Both the position numbers and the translations under genes were made by a program. A DNA stretch of 64,000 nucleotides from an uncultured Gemmatimonadales bacterium (GTDB lineage: Bacteria; Gemmatimonadota; Gemmatimonadetes; Gemmatimonadales; GWC2-71-9): contig CAVSLV010000003.1 of assembly GCA_963728915.1 (NCBI GenBank), positions 32,001-96,000 of the forward strand, in the 5' to 3' direction. Positions 1 through 8,120 of the stretch are shown one piece after another. The notes under the pieces are model-generated. The model was not told where the DNA came from. It did no database searches and saw only the letters and a list, made by a program, of their open reading frames with translations. Within the stretch, counting starts at the first letter, position 1. Every line of letters starts with the position of its first letter.

Positions 1-51
1 CACCATGTTTCCCCTGCCCGAGGCCCGGCGTTTCTCCTCGCGGGGGTTCAC

Positions 52-957
52 ATGCATCGCTCTGGCTGGATCTGGTGCGCGCTCCTCTGTGCCGGCTGCG
101 CCTCCTCTTCCCGGACTGCGGAGCCAACGCTCTGGCAGGTCTATGAGAGGTCGCTGAAGAGCGCCAAGTACGTCGACCTCACCCACACCATTACGCCATC
201 GATTCCGGTCTGGGCCGGATTCGGCGCCTCCAGGTTCGGGCCGACGGTGGATCCCAAGACCGGGACCCCCTACACCTGGGCCAAGGATGGATTCGAAGCC
301 ACCCGCTACGAGCTGGCGACCGATCAGCTCGGCACCCAGCTCGATCCTCCGGCCCACTGGAATCCGAGCTATCCCGCGATCGACGAGCTGCCGGCGAGCT
401 TCGCGGTCCGCCCCCTGGTCGTCATTTCGATCGTGGATCAGGTCGCGAGGAACCCCGGCTATCACCTTTCGGTTGACGACATCCGGAGCTGGGAAGCGGC
501 GCACGGGCGGATTCCCGAGGGATCGGTGGTCTTCGTCCGTTCGGACTGGTCGAGGGATTGGCCCGATCCCGCGCTTTCGACCCGGCGGCCTTTCCCCGGC
601 GTCACCCTGGCGGCGCTCAAGTTCCTGCACCAGGAGCGTCACATCCTGTTTCATGGCCATGAGCCCCTCGATACCGATACCACCGCCGCGCTCGAAGGGG
701 AGGCCTGGCTGCTCATGAACGGCTACACCCAGGCGGAGGGCGTCGCCCACCTGGACCAGGTTCCCGAGGCCGGAGCGCTGGTGGAGATGGGGTTTCCCAA
801 ATTTGCGGGCGGGGTGGGAGGCTACGCCCGCTTCATCGCCATCTGTCCGCCCGACTGGAAATACGGGGTGTCGGTCGGGGAAGTCCCGGAGAGTCCTCTG
901 GTCAAGGCATCGTCGCCGCTGCATTGGGACCCCGGGCTGGGCGAGCGGGTCAGGTAG
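52..957 (+). CDS. cyclase family (kynurenine formamidase-like) lipoprotein
   Basis: VDLTH and GTQLDPPAH cyclase motifs; N-terminal lipobox-like LCAGC. Confidence 0.85.
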   Translation: MHRSGWIWCALLCAGCASSSRTAEPTLWQVYERSLKSAKYVDLTHTITPSIPVWAGFGASRFGPTVDPKTGTPYTWAKDGFEATRYELATDQLGTQLDPPAHWNPSYPAIDELPASFAVRPLVVISIVDQVARNPGYHLSVDDIRSWEAAHGRIPEGSVVFVRSDWSRDWPDPALSTRRPFPGVTLAALKFLHQERHILFHGHEPLDTDTTAALEGEAWLLMNGYTQAEGVAHLDQVPEAGALVEMGFPKFAGGVGGYARFIAICPPDWKYGVSVGEVPESPLVKASSPLHWDPGLGERVR

Positions 958-966
958 CATGGGGCC

Positions 967-1209
967 ATGAACGACTGGATCGAAATTGCCTCTTACGGCA
1001 CCGGCGTCGAGGCGGACTGGGCGGTCGCGACGCTCGAAGCTGCCGGCGTTCCGGCTCGGCTCAAAGGTGAGCGCGCCGGCGTCTTCGGCGTCACCTTCCA
1101 GGGCGCGCTGGCCCAGGGACTGATCCTGCTGGTACGTTCCGAAGATGCGGAGGAAGCCCGCGAGCTCCTGGGGCTCGATCAGGGCGAGGAGGAACCGAAC
1201 GGGAAGTGA
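967..1209 (+). CDS. DUF2007-like small protein
   Basis: 80 aa; EA..A.ATLEAAGVPA ... LLVRSEDAEEARELL pattern. Confidence 0.65.
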   Translation: MNDWIEIASYGTGVEADWAVATLEAAGVPARLKGERAGVFGVTFQGALAQGLILLVRSEDAEEARELLGLDQGEEEPNGK

Positions 1210-1224
1210 AGGGAGGAGATCCCC

Positions 1225-1869
1225 ATGTTCGTAGGACACTACAGCGTCAGCTTTGCAGGAAAGCGATTTGCCCCGGCGGTCTCGCTCTTCACGCTGTTTC
1301 TCGCGGTGCAGCTGCTCGACGTCGTCTGGTCGGTGCTGGTGATTCTCGGAGTCGAGAAGGTCAGAATCGTGCCCGGGATCACCGCGACCAATCCGCTCGA
1401 CCTATACTACATGCCGTATTCGCACAGCCTGGTGGCCGCGCTGCTCTGGTCGCTCGCGGCGTACTTCGCCTATCGCGCCTTCCGGGATGCCAGCTCCGCG
1501 TTTGTGGTGGGGGTCGCGGTATTCTCCCACTGGGTACTCGACCTGATCGTGCACCGCCCTGACTTGCCGCTGTACGGCGACCAGGCGAAGGTCGGCCTGG
1601 GATTCTGGAACTATCCGGTTCCGGCGCTGCTGCTCGAGGTGGGGCTGTTATTCGCGGGCCTCCTGCTCTATCTCCGAGTCCGCCCCGGTCGCGCGCTGGC
1701 GTTCGTGATCCTCGGACTGGTCATGGCCGGCATCCAGGTGTTCCTGTTCTTCGGTTCACCGCCCGATTCGCCCCGTGGCGCGGCGGTGACCGCCTTGATC
1801 GCGTATTTTCTTTTTGCGGGTATCGCCGGGCTGCTGGACCGGACGTCACGGGCTCCGCGCCGCGCATAA
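1225..1869 (+). CDS. membrane-bound metal-dependent hydrolase (YdjM-like)
   Basis: MFVGH, YSHSL and SHWVLDLIVH His motifs; several TM helices; GGAGGAG RBS. Confidence 0.75.
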   Translation: MFVGHYSVSFAGKRFAPAVSLFTLFLAVQLLDVVWSVLVILGVEKVRIVPGITATNPLDLYYMPYSHSLVAALLWSLAAYFAYRAFRDASSAFVVGVAVFSHWVLDLIVHRPDLPLYGDQAKVGLGFWNYPVPALLLEVGLLFAGLLLYLRVRPGRALAFVILGLVMAGIQVFLFFGSPPDSPRGAAVTALIAYFLFAGIAGLLDRTSRAPRRA

Positions 1870-2037
1870 CCCGCACACCGAGCGCCGTCGTGACTCGTTC
1901 CGGGGGTGTCCTGTCGATGCGCCTGTCCTCTCCACCCACCCGGACCCTGCTGGTGGGCGGGGTCATGGGCCAGGGCGAGCAGCATCGGGCGCGGTGGATT
2001 CGGCAGCTCGTCCGGCTGAAGCTGGTCCGGGTATCCG

Positions 2038-2256
2038 ATGCGCCGCTTTGACGCGAAGGCGCTGTACGAGGCGCTCGAACAGGACCGACAGGAGCGAGGC
2101 TGGAGCTGGCAGCAAATGGCCCGGGCCATCGGCGTCAGCGCCGCGACCATGACCCGGATGCGCGACGGTGGCCGGCTTGAGGTGGACGGGATGCTGGCGA
2201 TGGTCGGCTGGCTCGGTGTTCCGGTCGAGCAGTTCGTCCGGGAACGAGCGGTCTGA
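2038..2256 (+). CDS. XRE-family helix-turn-helix protein
   Basis: SWQQMARAIGVSAATMTRM HTH. Confidence 0.75.
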   Translation: MRRFDAKALYEALEQDRQERGWSWQQMARAIGVSAATMTRMRDGGRLEVDGMLAMVGWLGVPVEQFVRERAV

Positions 2257-2258
2257 AG

Positions 2259-2699
2259 ATGGCGGCATGCCCCGAGTGCGGGGCGAGATACGCCGATCCC
2301 CACCAGAGCTGCACCGCACGGTTCGAGGTCCTGCTCGCGCTGGACCACTCTCGTCGAGAGCCGTGGGGGAGCCGGCACGGGCAAGCCTTCGCGGCGTTCG
2401 CACTTCAGCACCCCAGCCGCTATCCCCGGTCACTCGATCAGGCCTGGACCGCCCTCTACCGGATTTACGTGGAAGGCGAGTCCGCACGCCGGGTGTTCGA
2501 GAGCCTCCGCGGGCGAGCCTCGATACCGGCTAGCACGGTCCCGGTGCGTCCGGAGCATCCACGCGCCTGGCCACTGGTCACGATCGCCACCCTCGGCGAT
2601 TTCGCGGCGGAAACCTATCCGGGAGGGCTCGATCGATGGTGCAGGGCCACCCTCCAGGCGTGGTCCGTCACGAACGTCGTTGTTGGAGGGGAGACATGA
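2259..2699 (+). CDS. DUF5946-like protein
   Basis: N-terminal CPECGA, AFALQHP motif, C-terminal W.R..L.AW. Confidence 0.6.
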   Translation: MAACPECGARYADPHQSCTARFEVLLALDHSRREPWGSRHGQAFAAFALQHPSRYPRSLDQAWTALYRIYVEGESARRVFESLRGRASIPASTVPVRPEHPRAWPLVTIATLGDFAAETYPGGLDRWCRATLQAWSVTNVVVGGET

Positions 2700-2735
2700 T
2701 TTGCCTTCCCTCGGAACCCGGGTGATCTTGCCAGC

Positions 2736-3440
2736 ATGGCGGAGCGCCGATACAACGACAAGGAAATCGCCGCGATTTTCCGCTCGGCAGCGGAAGGGCC
2801 TTCCGCTCCGGCCGCGGACGTTCCCCGGGACGAAGGCCTGACGCTCGCCGAGCTTCAGACCATCGGCCGGGAGGTGGGGATTCCCGCCGAGTCGGTGGCC
2901 CGGGCTGCCCAGGCGCTGGAGCTCCGCCGGGGTCCCGATCGTCGCACCATCTTCGGGCTTCCGCTCGGGGTCTCCCGCACCGTCAATCTGAGCCGCCGCC
3001 TGAGCGACGAAGAATGGGAGCGGCTGGTGGTCCAGCTCCGCGAGGTCTTCAACGCCCGGGGAACCATGCGGGCGGACGGATCGCTGCGGCAGTGGACCAA
3101 CGGCAATCTTCAGGTCCTTCTCGAACCGACTGACCAGGGTCACCAGCTCCGGTTTCGCACCGTACACGGAGCCGCCCGATCGATGATCGGGGCGGGGGTG
3201 ATGGCCCTGGGAGTCGCTGTAGTGACCGCGCTGGGAACCGCGATCAACGGGCATTTCCTGAACGCGATGCCAGGCTTGCTGTTTCTTTCCGCCGCGGGGC
3301 TCAGCATGATCGGGCTCGGCGCCTTCCGGCTCCCCCGCTGGGCCCGGCTCCGGGAACGCCAGATGGAAGCGCTGGCCGCCCGGGTGGCGACGGAATCCGG
3401 CGCGCATCCGAGCAGCCTCCCACCGGGCCGGGCCTCCTAA
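2736..3440 (+). CDS. hypothetical membrane protein
   Basis: RRYNDKEIAAIF / GLTLAELQTIGREVGI N-terminal domain plus two C-terminal TM helices. Confidence 0.7.
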   Translation: MAERRYNDKEIAAIFRSAAEGPSAPAADVPRDEGLTLAELQTIGREVGIPAESVARAAQALELRRGPDRRTIFGLPLGVSRTVNLSRRLSDEEWERLVVQLREVFNARGTMRADGSLRQWTNGNLQVLLEPTDQGHQLRFRTVHGAARSMIGAGVMALGVAVVTALGTAINGHFLNAMPGLLFLSAAGLSMIGLGAFRLPRWARLRERQMEALAARVATESGAHPSSLPPGRAS

Positions 3441-3450
3441 CCCGCGCCCC

Positions 3451-4107
3451 ATGGCCAGCGTCCGGGTGCATTGCTTCGCGGTGTCCCTGGATGGCTTCGG
3501 GGCCGGGCCGGACCAGGATCTCGAGCATCCGCTGGGGGTGGGTGGCCCGGCGCTGCACGAATGGGTCTTCGGCACCCGGAGCTTCGCGCGGATGCATGGC
3601 CAGGAAGGCGGCCGAACCGGGGTGGACGACGAATTCGTGGCGCGGGGATTCGAGGGCATCGGGGCCTGGATCATGGGTCGCAACATGTTCGGCCCGATCC
3701 GGGGCGCGTGGCCCGATGATCGGTGGAGGGGATGGTGGGGCGAGCATCCTCCCTATCACACCCCGGTCTTCGTTCTGACCCATCATCCTCGCGAGCCGCT
3801 CGCCATGGCGGGAGACACGGTTTTTCATTTCGTGACGGGAGGCCTCGAAGAAGCGCTCGCCCGGGCGACCGAGGCCGCTGGACCGGACGACATCAGACTG
3901 GGCGGCGGGGTCTCCACCGTGCGAGCGTTCCTGGAGGCGGGCCTCGTCGACGAGATGCACCTCGCGATCGCCCCGGTCCTGCTCGGGTCGGGAGAATCGC
4001 TGCTGGGCGGCCTCGATCTGCCCCGGCGAGGCTATCGGTGCGTCCGGCACCAGCCGAGCGGGACCGTCACCCACATCGTCATCGCGAAGCCATCCGGCTC
4101 ACCATGA
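3451..4107 (+). CDS. dihydrofolate reductase / RibD C-terminal domain protein
   Basis: SLDGF, IMGRNMF, GGG, GLVDEMHLAIAPVLLGSG. Confidence 0.9.
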   Translation: MASVRVHCFAVSLDGFGAGPDQDLEHPLGVGGPALHEWVFGTRSFARMHGQEGGRTGVDDEFVARGFEGIGAWIMGRNMFGPIRGAWPDDRWRGWWGEHPPYHTPVFVLTHHPREPLAMAGDTVFHFVTGGLEEALARATEAAGPDDIRLGGGVSTVRAFLEAGLVDEMHLAIAPVLLGSGESLLGGLDLPRRGYRCVRHQPSGTVTHIVIAKPSGSP

Positions 4108-4484
4108 ACGTTCTTCTGGTCGGCGCGGGCGGATTCGCGGGCTCGGTCCTGCGATACTGGCTCAGCAACCTGGCGCAGGAGCGGGTCCCTCGGAGCTCCT
4201 TCCCGGTCGGTACCCTTCTGGTCAACGTGCTCGGCTGTTTCGCGATCGGGTTGCTGGCGCAGCTGGTGGAAGACCGGGGGTTTCTGCGTCCCGAAACTCG
4301 CGCGCTCCTCATCGTGGGTTTCCTGGGAGGGTTCACGACGATGTCGACCTTCGCCAACGAAACGATGAGCGCGATCAAGGACGGGGCGGTGTGGGTCTCT
4401 CTCGCGAACATCGCGATGACCCTGGTACTGTGTCTCGGCGCCGTCTGGGGCGGCCGCAGTGTCGCCCAGCTCATCTGGAGGTAG
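4104..4484 (+). CDS. crcB: fluoride channel CrcB/Fluc
   Basis: GGFAGSVLRY, GTLLVNVLGCF, GFLGGFTTMSTF; ATG overlaps the upstream stop (the ORF track starts too early). Confidence 0.95.
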   Translation: MNVLLVGAGGFAGSVLRYWLSNLAQERVPRSSFPVGTLLVNVLGCFAIGLLAQLVEDRGFLRPETRALLIVGFLGGFTTMSTFANETMSAIKDGAVWVSLANIAMTLVLCLGAVWGGRSVAQLIWR

Positions 4485-4490
4485 CTCACC

Positions 4491-4829
4491 ATGACCCTCG
4501 CCCAGAACGGCTGTCTGCTCCGGATCTTTCTAGGCGAAGCCGACAAACACGACGGCAAACCGATGTATGAATGGCTGGTCCTTCAGGCGCGGGAGCAGGG
4601 CCTGGCCGGGGCGACGGTGCTGCGGGGCATGATGGGCTACGGCGCCCACAGCCGGCTTCACACCTTCCGGATCGAGCGCCTCTCGCTCGATCTCCCGATC
4701 ATCGTGGAGATCGTGGACGCGCCCGACAAGATCGAAGCCTTTCTCGCGCAGATCGATCCGGTGGTCCACGAGGGCCTGGCCACGATCGAAAAGGCGGACG
4801 TGCGGTTCTACCGGGCCAGGCCGGGTTAG
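4491..4829 (+). CDS. DUF190 family protein (PII-like, commonly next to crcB)
   Basis: LLRIFLGE, GLAGATVLRG..GYG, LSLDLPIIVEIVD. Confidence 0.9.
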   Translation: MTLAQNGCLLRIFLGEADKHDGKPMYEWLVLQAREQGLAGATVLRGMMGYGAHSRLHTFRIERLSLDLPIIVEIVDAPDKIEAFLAQIDPVVHEGLATIEKADVRFYRARPG

Positions 4830-4905
4830 GTCCCCAACCTCCGCAGCGTCAGGGCCGTCGCACCGGAACGCTGAAGGCTGCCGTGGGGTCGAAAGGAAGC
4901 TGAGC

Positions 4906-5142
4906 ATGGCGCGACGCCTTCAGGTTTACGAAACACCCGGGATCACCGTCACCTTCGAGCCGGAGCTCTGCCGGCATTCGGGGGTCTGTGTCCGAGGCCT
5001 CCCCGCGGTGTTCGATGTTCGTCGCCGCCGATGGGTGGCGCCCGAGGCCGCCCCGGCCGATGATGTGGAAACCCAGGTGCGTCGGTGTCCGTCGCGCGCC
5101 CTGAAGAGCTATCGCCCAGGAGAACCGCATCCCGATGCCTGA
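4906..5142 (+). CDS. divergent 4Fe-4S mono-cluster protein (YjdI-like)
   Basis: CRHSGVCVRGLPAVFD ... CPSRAL. Confidence 0.85.
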   Translation: MARRLQVYETPGITVTFEPELCRHSGVCVRGLPAVFDVRRRRWVAPEAAPADDVETQVRRCPSRALKSYRPGEPHPDA

Positions 5143-5665
5143 CACGGCCGACTCCCTCACCCCGGTCCGGGCCGTCGGCCGGTTCGGCCTCCTCGGGATC
5201 GTGCTCGGTACGATCGGCTGCGATCACGCCACCAAGTACGTGGCCACCACCACCCTGATGGGGACCCCGAGCCGATCCTACCTCGGGAACCTGCTCCGGA
5301 TCGGGTACGCGGAGAACACCGGCGGCTTTCTCAGTGTCGGGGCCAGTCTTCCGCCGGCAACCCGCACCATCGTTTTTACGGCGATGACCGGGCTGATCCT
5401 GCTCGGTCTCGCCATCGCGACGTTCCGGGCCAGGCTCGACCACTGGACCGCCCTGGGGCTGTCGCTGTTCGTCGCCGGCGGCGTCTCCAACTGGATCGAC
5501 CGGCTGGTGCGCGGCACCGTGGTGGACTTCCTGAACCTCGGTATCGGGACCATGCGCACCGGGATCTTCAACGTGGCGGATATCGCGATCATGATGGGCG
5601 CCGGGTTTCTGGTCTATGGCGAGCTCCGGAAGATCGCGGAGCGGAGGGTCGAGGCGCCGGGGTGA
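5135..5665 (+). CDS. lspA: signal peptidase II (lipoprotein signal peptidase) paralogue
   Basis: D..TK, NTG, SNWIDRL, VVDFL, IFNVAD catalytic motifs. Confidence 0.9.
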   Translation: MPDTADSLTPVRAVGRFGLLGIVLGTIGCDHATKYVATTTLMGTPSRSYLGNLLRIGYAENTGGFLSVGASLPPATRTIVFTAMTGLILLGLAIATFRARLDHWTALGLSLFVAGGVSNWIDRLVRGTVVDFLNLGIGTMRTGIFNVADIAIMMGAGFLVYGELRKIAERRVEAPG

Positions 5666-6189
5666 AGTTCGATCTGCGCCTGGGTACCGCGATCCTGCGC
5701 CGGACGCCGGCGGTGCTGGATCAGCAGCTTCGCGGTCTTCCGGTCGAATGGCTCCAGGTGACCGAAGGGTCCGAGACCTGGAGCCCCTTCGATGTGGTCG
5801 GCCATCTGATCCACGGGGAACGCACCGACTGGATTCCCCGGGTGGAACACCTGCTCCGGCACGGAGAGGCCGTCCCGTTCCCGGTCTTCGACCGGTTCGC
5901 TCAGTTCGAAGCTTCGAAAGGCAAGGACCTGTCCGAGCTGCTCGAAACGTTCCGGGATCTCCGGGCGCAGAATCTTCAGCGGCTCGAAGGGTTTGCGCTC
6001 ACGCCGAGCGATCTCGACCGGCCGGGATTGCATCCGGAATTGGGCCGGGTGACCCTGGGGCAGCATCTTGCGACCTGGGTCGCGCACGACCTCGACCATC
6101 TCATGCAGATTTCGCGGGTGATGGCGCGGCAATACACCGAAGCGGTCGGCCCGTGGCGTCTGTATCTGCGAATCGTTCGCGACTTCTAG
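5662..6189 (+). CDS. DinB family protein
   Basis: WSPFDVVGHL ... WVAHDLDHL.QI His triad; GTG start. Confidence 0.88.
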   Translation: MKFDLRLGTAILRRTPAVLDQQLRGLPVEWLQVTEGSETWSPFDVVGHLIHGERTDWIPRVEHLLRHGEAVPFPVFDRFAQFEASKGKDLSELLETFRDLRAQNLQRLEGFALTPSDLDRPGLHPELGRVTLGQHLATWVAHDLDHLMQISRVMARQYTEAVGPWRLYLRIVRDF

Positions 6190-6288
6190 AAGGCTCTCCC
6201 CCCTCCACTCCACGAGCAGTATTTTGAGGGCGATGCGAACGTTCGCCCTGGTCTCTGGTCTTCTCGGCATTCCTGCGCTGGTGAACGC

Positions 6289-6819
6289 TTGGAAACCGTA
6301 GAGGCAGTCACGATCGGTGCGCTCCAGACCCCGTCAACCGAGGCCGAGGTCCGCGGCCTCGCCGAGCTGCTGGCCGAGACCGTTAATGCGGGCTCCGCGG
6401 TGAGTTTCCTTCCTCCCCTCACGTTGGAAGAAGCGGAACGATGGTGGCGGGACTCGCTCCCGAAGCACTCCAGCCGCGCTATCATCCTGGTGGCCAGAAG
6501 CGGGGCCACGATCGCCGGGACGGTACAAGTGCAGCCCGCCTGGGCGCCGAATCAGCCGCACCGGGGGGAGATCGTGAAACTGATGGTCGGCTCGAAACAT
6601 CGGGGGAGCGGGCTCGGCGCCAGGCTGATGCAAGCCATCGAGCAGGCCGCGCGCGAGGCCGGATACGGGCTCCTGACCCTCGACACCAAGCGGGGCGATG
6701 GCGCCGAGCGCCTCTATAGAACCCTGGGGTGGACCGAAGCGGGGATCATCCCGCGCTACGCACTGAACCCGGACGGCACCAGGCACGATACCGTCCTCTT
6801 CTACAAAGAGCTCGGGTGA
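6289..6819 (+). CDS. GNAT family N-acetyltransferase
   Basis: PNQPHRGEIVKLMV, HRGSGLGARLM, LLTLDT, AERLY; start codon uncertain. Confidence 0.88.
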   Translation: METVEAVTIGALQTPSTEAEVRGLAELLAETVNAGSAVSFLPPLTLEEAERWWRDSLPKHSSRAIILVARSGATIAGTVQVQPAWAPNQPHRGEIVKLMVGSKHRGSGLGARLMQAIEQAAREAGYGLLTLDTKRGDGAERLYRTLGWTEAGIIPRYALNPDGTRHDTVLFYKELG

Positions 6820-6823
6820 GCCG

Positions 6824-7327
6824 GTGAAACACCTCTTCGTGATGGTCCGCGCGGTGACCTATTCCACCCTGTTCGTCGGGTTCTTCCTGGTCTTCTTCCC
6901 CGGGCAGATCGCGAACCAGTTCGGCGTGGTCCGGCCTTCCGACTGGGCCGGACTCGAATTCCTCGGGGCCGGTCTGGTCGTGGCGGGCGCGGCCCTGGCG
7001 CTCTGGTGCATTCTGACTTTCCTGTTCGTGGGCCGGGGCACGCCTGCGCCATTCGACCCGCCCCGGCGCCTGGTCCTCCGGGGGCCGTACCGCTTCGTCA
7101 GGAATCCCATGTACCTCGGAGCGTTTCTGGCGCTCGTCGGCGCCGCGGTCCTCTATCGCTCAGGCTGGCTCGGCCTCTACGCGGCCGCGTTCCTCCTGGC
7201 GACCCACCTGTTCGTGCTCGGCTACGAGGAACCAGCCCTGAGTCGCACCTTCGGCCAGGAGTACACCGCCTACCGCGCTCTGGTCGGCCGCTGGCTTCCG
7301 CGATTCTCCCCTGGATCTCCGCGATGA
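6824..7327 (+). CDS. isoprenylcysteine carboxylmethyltransferase / PEMT family membrane protein
   Basis: GTPAPFDPPRRLV.RGPYRFVRNPMY, EEP.L..FG.EY..Y. Confidence 0.88.
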   Translation: MKHLFVMVRAVTYSTLFVGFFLVFFPGQIANQFGVVRPSDWAGLEFLGAGLVVAGAALALWCILTFLFVGRGTPAPFDPPRRLVLRGPYRFVRNPMYLGAFLALVGAAVLYRSGWLGLYAAAFLLATHLFVLGYEEPALSRTFGQEYTAYRALVGRWLPRFSPGSPR

Positions 7328-7788
7328 AGCACGCGACCCCGGAGGCTCAGCTCCGCGGTTTCATTGCCAAGTTCGCGCCCGCACACCAGCGGCTCATCCG
7401 GGCAGTGCGCACGGCTCTGCGACACAGGTTCCCCACGGCGACCGAGCTGGTGTACGACAACTACAATTTCTTCGTGATCGGGTATTCGCCCACCGAGCGG
7501 CCTTCCGACAGTGTCGTTTCCATTGCGGCAGGGGCGAATGGGGTCGGCGTGTGTTTCATCCGGGGCAAGGGACTCCCCGACCCTGAAGGCCTGCTCCAGG
7601 GCTCCGGGAATCAAACTCGATTTCTCAGGGTTCCCAGCGCTCTGGTGCTGAAGCGTCCGGCGGTCAAGGCGCTGCTCGCGGCGGCGACCGCGAAAAGCAA
7701 AGCGCCGTTCCCCGGAACGGGGCGCGGCGCCCTCATCATTCGATCGGTTTCGGCGAAGCAGCGTCCCCGCCGGAAGGCCGGCACCTAG
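7324..7788 (+). CDS. DUF1801-like protein
   Basis: ELVYDNYN, LPDPEGLLQGSGNQTR; ATG overlaps the upstream stop. Confidence 0.75.
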   Translation: MKHATPEAQLRGFIAKFAPAHQRLIRAVRTALRHRFPTATELVYDNYNFFVIGYSPTERPSDSVVSIAAGANGVGVCFIRGKGLPDPEGLLQGSGNQTRFLRVPSALVLKRPAVKALLAAATAKSKAPFPGTGRGALIIRSVSAKQRPRRKAGT

Positions 7789-8094
7789 CTAGCCTTCGAT
7801 CTTGTAGATCTCCCGCTTTCCCCATTCCACCAGATCATGGTATCCCTCCATGATCTTCTCCATCTCCTTCCCTTCCTTTTCGCTCATTCCGGCGCCCTGC
7901 ATCATCTTTTCGAACTCGTCGACGCTCTGCACTTCCATTTCCGCCACGATGGTCCAGTAGCGCTCGGCACAGAAGTCGGTCAGGACCCGCATTTTGGGAC
8001 CCTTCGTCATCACCTGGTTCATCGCCTTGAACTTCTCGACCATGGGCCGGACCTTGCCCGGCTTGCAGTACATCACTTCGCGAATCAGGTACAT
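7789..8094 (-). CDS. small NIPSNAP-like alpha/beta barrel protein
   Basis: 101 aa with strong codon bias; GAGGAG RBS; family assignment tentative. Confidence 0.6.
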   Translation of the reverse strand: MYLIREVMYCKPGKVRPMVEKFKAMNQVMTKGPKMRVLTDFCAERYWTIVAEMEVQSVDEFEKMMQGAGMSEKEGKEMEKIMEGYHDLVEWGKREIYKIEG

Positions 8095-8120
8095 GGGGAC
8101 TCTCCTCGGAACGGGGTGGC

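Noticed and set aside
1870..2051. Possible 44-aa ORF starting near 1917 before the HTH gene
   Set aside because: No motif, no convincing RBS, and it overlaps the HTH start in another frame.
4040..4104. Fluoride riboswitch upstream of crcB
   Set aside because: crcB overlaps the upstream stop codon, leaving no leader, and I could not see the consensus.
4832..4888. Imperfect intergenic hairpin (cccca/tgggg, gcagc/gctgc, tcag/ctga)
   Set aside because: Short interrupted stems in GC-rich DNA with no U-tract; cannot be distinguished from chance.
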